Shown: in pieces, positions 16,964-20,000 of the stretch
Layout of the letters: every line of letters begins with the position of its first letter
How positions within the stretch are numbered: the stretch's first letter is position 1
Virus record (IMG/VR): IMGVR_UViG_3300012920_000027
Origin: an uncultured virus (IMG/VR IMGVR_UViG_3300012920_000027)
Lineage: Duplodnaviria > Heunggongvirae > Uroviricota > Caudoviricetes
Direction: 5' to 3' (one strand)
DNA length: 20,000 nucleotides
Notes under the pieces: model-generated
What the model was told of the DNA's origin: nothing
Seen by the model: the letters and a program-made list of their open reading frames with translations, nothing else
Databases searched by the model: none
Position numbers and translations under genes: made by a program

Positions 16964-17239
16964 TCAGAGCTCCACCATCGCCTCAAGGTTCAGCTTAGGC
17001 GCCGCCTTCTTGCGGTTGCCTTTGCTGTTCTTCTTGCGGCGGTTGGATTTGGAGGACTTCTTCGTCTGCTGTGCCTTGTGCGCTGCGATCATCTCGCTGC
17101 GAATGGCGTTCACAAGCTTCGGGTCAAAGTCCCCAGAGAAGGTGATGTTTCCGACGGTGGTGGTGTTATCCACCTCCTGTCGGGGCTTGCTCGTCTTCTT
17201 CTTGCGGTTCACGGTGACGGTGCGGGTAAAGCGGGTCAT
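16964..17239 (-). CDS. Lys/Arg-rich protein, 91 aa, putative nucleic-acid-binding
   Basis: GCCTCTC-ATG start MTRFTR; NRKKK and KKSSKSNRRKKNSKGNRKK tracts. Confidence 0.8.
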   Translation of the reverse strand: MTRFTRTVTVNRKKKTSKPRQEVDNTTTVGNITFSGDFDPKLVNAIRSEMIAAHKAQQTKKSSKSNRRKKNSKGNRKKAAPKLNLEAMVEL

Positions 17240-17416
17240 GAGAGGCACCACCCCTGCCGGGGGTTGGCCCCCCCCAGAGCAGGGGGGGCCAGTTTGACTC
17301 CGCACGGTAGAACGAGACGGAGCCGGAGGCTGCGGCGGGGTGGCGATGCGTCGGTGCGCGGGGGCCCGTTGGATGAACTGCAATCAAGCTAAGAGTGGGC
17401 TAGACTCCAGGCTGCT

Positions 17417-17887
17417 TCACGAAAGGTCCTCGGTGTAGTCCCAGCCATCGTAGTGGCTGAGGTCGTAGGAGGCGTCGTCGTCGTCGGCGTCGTCAAGGAC
17501 ATCTTCGACCTCGTCCGGGTTGCCGGTGGGACCGGCGGGGATTCCGTCGAGGGAAGTGGTACCGATGCGGTCACGGCTGTGGAGGTTTTCCTCGGCAGAC
17601 TCGAGAGACCACCCGAAGGCGGTGGCGAGTGCCATGAGGTGTTCCGGTGCGTGCGACCATCGGCCGTCGTAGACGATGTTTGCCATGTTGAGCGCTTCCA
17701 AGAGAGTGCGTTCGACTTCCATTCGGGACATGTCTCGCATGTCTGCGTAGATGTCGAAGGCAACTTCGAGTGCGTTGTCGAGGCTGGAGATGTCAGCGAA
17801 GATGCTGAGGAAGGAGGTGATCATCACCTCCAAAGCTCCAAGTGTTCGTTCGGCGGTCAGGCTGATTGGGTTGGTATGCTGTTGCAT
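17417..17887 (-). CDS. Acidic hypothetical protein, 156 aa
   Basis: ACCACTC-ATG start; D/E-rich tail. Confidence 0.85.
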   Translation of the reverse strand: MQQHTNPISLTAERTLGALEVMITSFLSIFADISSLDNALEVAFDIYADMRDMSRMEVERTLLEALNMANIVYDGRWSHAPEHLMALATAFGWSLESAEENLHSRDRIGTTSLDGIPAGPTGNPDEVEDVLDDADDDDASYDLSHYDGWDYTEDLS

Positions 17888-17921
17888 GAGTGGTTGGCGA
17901 GGGTGTTCCTTCCCTCATACC

Positions 17922-18319
17922 TAAGGCCCACAGGGGCCTTAGGGCGTGTTCGTGAGTGGTTGTGTGCGGTGACCGACTTCCCAGAGAAGTCGGCTCCTTG
18001 ATCGGCATTTTGTTGTCCTGCTCAGGGGGATCTATCCCCTTTGCGACATCCGGATGCTCTGGCATCCTCCTGTCCTACGGACTGGACTTAGCAACATCGA
18101 AGAGCTTGCTAGGCTCAACGAATCGGCTTTGTCCACAAAATGAGTCTCATAAGGGTGAGTTGTGACCTTGGCAGGACTCCTCGCTCAAACGGCGGGCGTC
18201 GATGCCTCGTTAAGGCCACAATACTCGGTAAATTACGAGTGGTGGGTGGAGAAAGCACCCTTTCGGGTCTTCCTCACTTCTAAGGTCCACAGGGGCCTTA
18301 GGGCGTGTTCGTGTGTGGT
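17922..18319. repeat. Two ~39-bp direct repeats with an internal hairpin (17922-17960 and 18281-18319)
   Basis: TAAGG(C/T)CCACAGGGGCCTTAGGGCGTGTTCGTG(A/T)GTGGT. Confidence 0.85.
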
Positions 18320-18329
18320 GATGTGAAAG

Positions 18330-18401
18330 GACCCACCTGGGTCGCCGTAGCGACTCAGGGGGTGTTGTACAGGTCAGTGACCTGGAAAAGCGGCGAAGGT
18401 C
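18330..18401 (-). repeat. Palindrome plus C(UACG)G hairpin element, copy 3
   Basis: GACC...CAGGTCACTGACCTG-TACAACACC-CCCTGAGTCGC-TACG-GCGACCCAGG-TGGGTC. Confidence 0.85.
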
Positions 18402-18409
18402 ACGAAGTC

Positions 18410-19027
18410 TCAGTCTTCATCGGCATAAATGTTTGATAGGATCGTGTGGTGTTCCTCCTTGCTGCGGTGCTTGTCGAGCTCCTTTTGCAAGAAGTGTAAC
18501 TCGTGCTTCGTCATGTCGTGGAGGGTTCGCTCCTCGTCGATCTCTTGCTCGAGGTCTGCATGGTGTTCTGCAGTCTTGAATCGAGTGGCTTGAATCATCT
18601 GGATGATGACTTCCCATTGTTCGAGGTCGTATTCGATGCGGCCGAGCGGAGTCACAACCGTGACGCCAATTGGCGTGTCCTTGTTCAGAAGGTAGTCGAT
18701 GTACTGCTGGTTCTCGGTGAAGTATTCGTGTGCTTCTTCGCGCAGTTTGTCGATGAGGGCTGAAAGGCTGTTGCACTTGTCGGCGAGCTCTTCGGGGGAC
18801 TTGCCCCCTGTTTCTGCGTCCTCATGGGAAATCAGAACCTTTCGCGTGATGCGATGCTCGGTTGGTGCGGTTTCAATCCAGCGAGGTACCCAGGGTTCCT
18901 CAACAGGTAGTGGGTACCGGTGGTAGACCTTGATGATGCCATCAAAGTTCATGATCAGTCCCTCGTCGTTCCCGGTCTTGTCTTCCTCGGAGCCCGGGCT
19001 GGCTCCGTCGTGGTTGGCTTGTGCCAT
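18410..19027 (-). CDS. Hypothetical protein with C-terminal coiled coil, 205 aa
   Basis: Start MAQANH follows ACCACTC-AC-ATG; the track's longer N-terminus overlaps structured non-coding sequence. Confidence 0.8.
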   Translation of the reverse strand: MAQANHDGASPGSEEDKTGNDEGLIMNFDGIIKVYHRYPLPVEEPWVPRWIETAPTEHRITRKVLISHEDAETGGKSPEELADKCNSLSALIDKLREEAHEYFTENQQYIDYLLNKDTPIGVTVVTPLGRIEYDLEQWEVIIQMIQATRFKTAEHHADLEQEIDEERTLHDMTKHELHFLQKELDKHRSKEEHHTILSNIYADED

Positions 19028-19049
19028 GTGAGTGGTGTTTGTGATTGTG

Positions 19050-19790
19050 TGTGGTGAGAACCCGATTCCAGTCCATACTGACGAAATTCCTCGGAATGCT
19101 GATTCTGGCCTGTTTCCAGGCACGCTCGGCAACCGTAGAAGAGCGGGATCTTGACCCATAGGGCTGTAGATCCTCGTAACTCGCCTTCTGTTCAACAGTG
19201 GCCATTGCTGGCGACTGCTGCTCTTCCATTACTAGCGGCAGGAGACTGATGTTGCGTGTAAGCGGTCCAATCCCGGATTCGTGGGCTCAAGGCCCAACCA
19301 TCCTTCGTCGGAGGCTTGCGTTTGCGTATCAGTTCCTAGCACATTCAGGGGTGTCCTTCGCCGTCAAGCGGCGTCGGTAACGCTGTTTTCCTTATTTTCC
19401 CCTCTTCCCAGCACTGGAATCGTTTGGTGTAGTTCTCAATTTAGCGTACGAGCCCTGGACTACCTCATGTCCGGCGGGCTAACCCTCACTGCCCTTTCGG
19501 GTCACAGGCACATCTGCAAGGCAACCAGCCTCGGTTTTCGTCTCCATCCCGAAGGATTTCGACGGTTTCGATGTAACTGCATTGACGATCGGCGCTGATG
19601 GGCGCTCGATTGTCGAATCAGTTTGGGTCCGTTCACCGGACAGGGCTGGGGCCAGTGGCCACCAGGGGTATCCCTGTTATCCGGTGCAGAGCTCGGTGGG
19701 ATCCTCTCGAAAGAGGGTCCGCCACCCCTTATCCTCTGTCTCCAGAGCTTGGGGGGCATCCCGTGAAGGCCCGTAGGCCAACCGAGTGAG
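19050..19790 (-). ncRNA. Candidate large (~750 nt) structured non-coding RNA
   Basis: No motif-started ORF; GAAA and UUCG tetraloop hairpins read on the minus strand; long-range helix between 19055-19072 and 19413-19438. Confidence 0.6.
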
Positions 19791-19799
19791 GGCTCTTGT

Positions 19800-19996
19800 C
19801 CCTCATAGTGAGGGGCCATTGGAGCCCTAAGGCCTGCATAGTGCAGGTTGGTGAGTGGTTTATGTTGCTCGTAGTGCAACGCCACAGGAGGTACTTGAAG
19901 CGGCCTCCATGTGGCCTTCGAGCAGCAGTCCGATCCACAGCTCGCCCTGGCTTAAGGCACAGGTGCAAGTCGGTAGTATGTTCATGTTGCTCGTAG
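19800..19996. repeat. Imperfect ~45-bp direct repeats and a hairpin cluster with CACTA(T/C)G apices
   Basis: ATGTTGCTCGTAG at 19862 and 19984, each preceded by TAAGGC...GTGCA.GT.GGT. Confidence 0.6.
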
Positions 19997-20000
19997 CATA

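Larger units (their letters stand above)
72..17894 (-). repeat. Dispersed gene-start motif ACC(G/T/A)CTC-ATG (CATGAGCGGT on +), about 45 copies, one at nearly every CDS start
   Basis: Exact + strand CATGAGCGGT starts at 72, 313, 588, 1568, 1825, 2307, 3711, 3992, 4383, 4837, 5135, 5343, 5656, 6762, 7042, 7523, 7769, 8233, 8478, 8853, 9468, 9619, 10086, 10353, 10591, 11613, 11900, 12309, 12546, 12961, 13102, 13382, 14818. Variants with 1-2 mismatches start at 1104, 2540, 8714, 11070, 11468, 14285, 14576, 15825, 16445, 16888, 17237, 17885. All copies share one orientation. Counted by eye. Confidence 0.97.

Noticed and set aside
17247..17416. GC-rich hairpins between the acidic and basic protein genes as a tRNA or defined ncRNA
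   Set aside because: No cloverleaf or T-arm consensus and no second copy to show covariation; it may still be a structured leader.
72..17894. CRISPR array or classical integron attC array
   Set aside because: The repeat is only about 10 nt, and the intervening sequences are whole genes of variable length. There are no attC-type RYYYAAC...GTTRRRY palindromes, and no cas or intI gene in the window.
19170..19195. RNase P call for the large RNA based on GAACAGAAGGCGAGTTAC
   Set aside because: It resembles the RNase P 3' conserved region, but I found no matching GAGGAA...CTC.GCC P4 partner upstream, and structure continues downstream.
603..19195. Longer N-termini given in the ORF track (often ending ...PLM)
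   Set aside because: The recurring P-L-M is the motif CC(G/T/A)CTC-ATG translated; the extensions overlap upstream genes or structured spacers, so starts were moved to the motif ATG.
19502..19885. 127-aa minus-strand ORF
   Set aside because: No motif-ATG start, Pro/Arg-rich composition, and it coincides with dense RNA-type hairpins.

Overview
The window is one unbroken minus-strand array of about 45 mostly small, mostly hypothetical genes with no housekeeping genes, consistent with an accessory region of a virus or large mobile element. Two proteins resemble, from memory, Thermoplasmatota/Marine Group II (Poseidoniales) hypotheticals, including a DUF3860-like wHTH, so an MGII-type archaeal host is plausible but unproven. 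Recognisable products are a beta-class N4/N6 DNA methyltransferase, an AAA_33-type P-loop kinase, an AAA+ ATPase, DUF6915-, DUF3085- and YubB/DUF1281-like proteins, and several Zn-binding mini-proteins. The most striking feature is that almost every gene start is fused to the same non-Shine-Dalgarno motif, ACC(G/T/A)CTC-ATG (CATGAGCGGT on +). By eye I count 45 copies with ATG (33 exact), often 0-3 nt after the previous stop codon. ATG-less copies head non-coding hairpin units, so the array looks built from motif-delimited cassettes. The upstream part (14.3-20 kb) alternates genes with structured non-coding segments: a tandem pair of homologous covarying ~200-nt RNAs each behind a 9-codon ME...W ORF, a three-copy palindrome/C(UACG)G element, a ~280-nt RNA candidate and a ~750-nt large RNA candidate. 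All family calls are pattern recognition, not database results.
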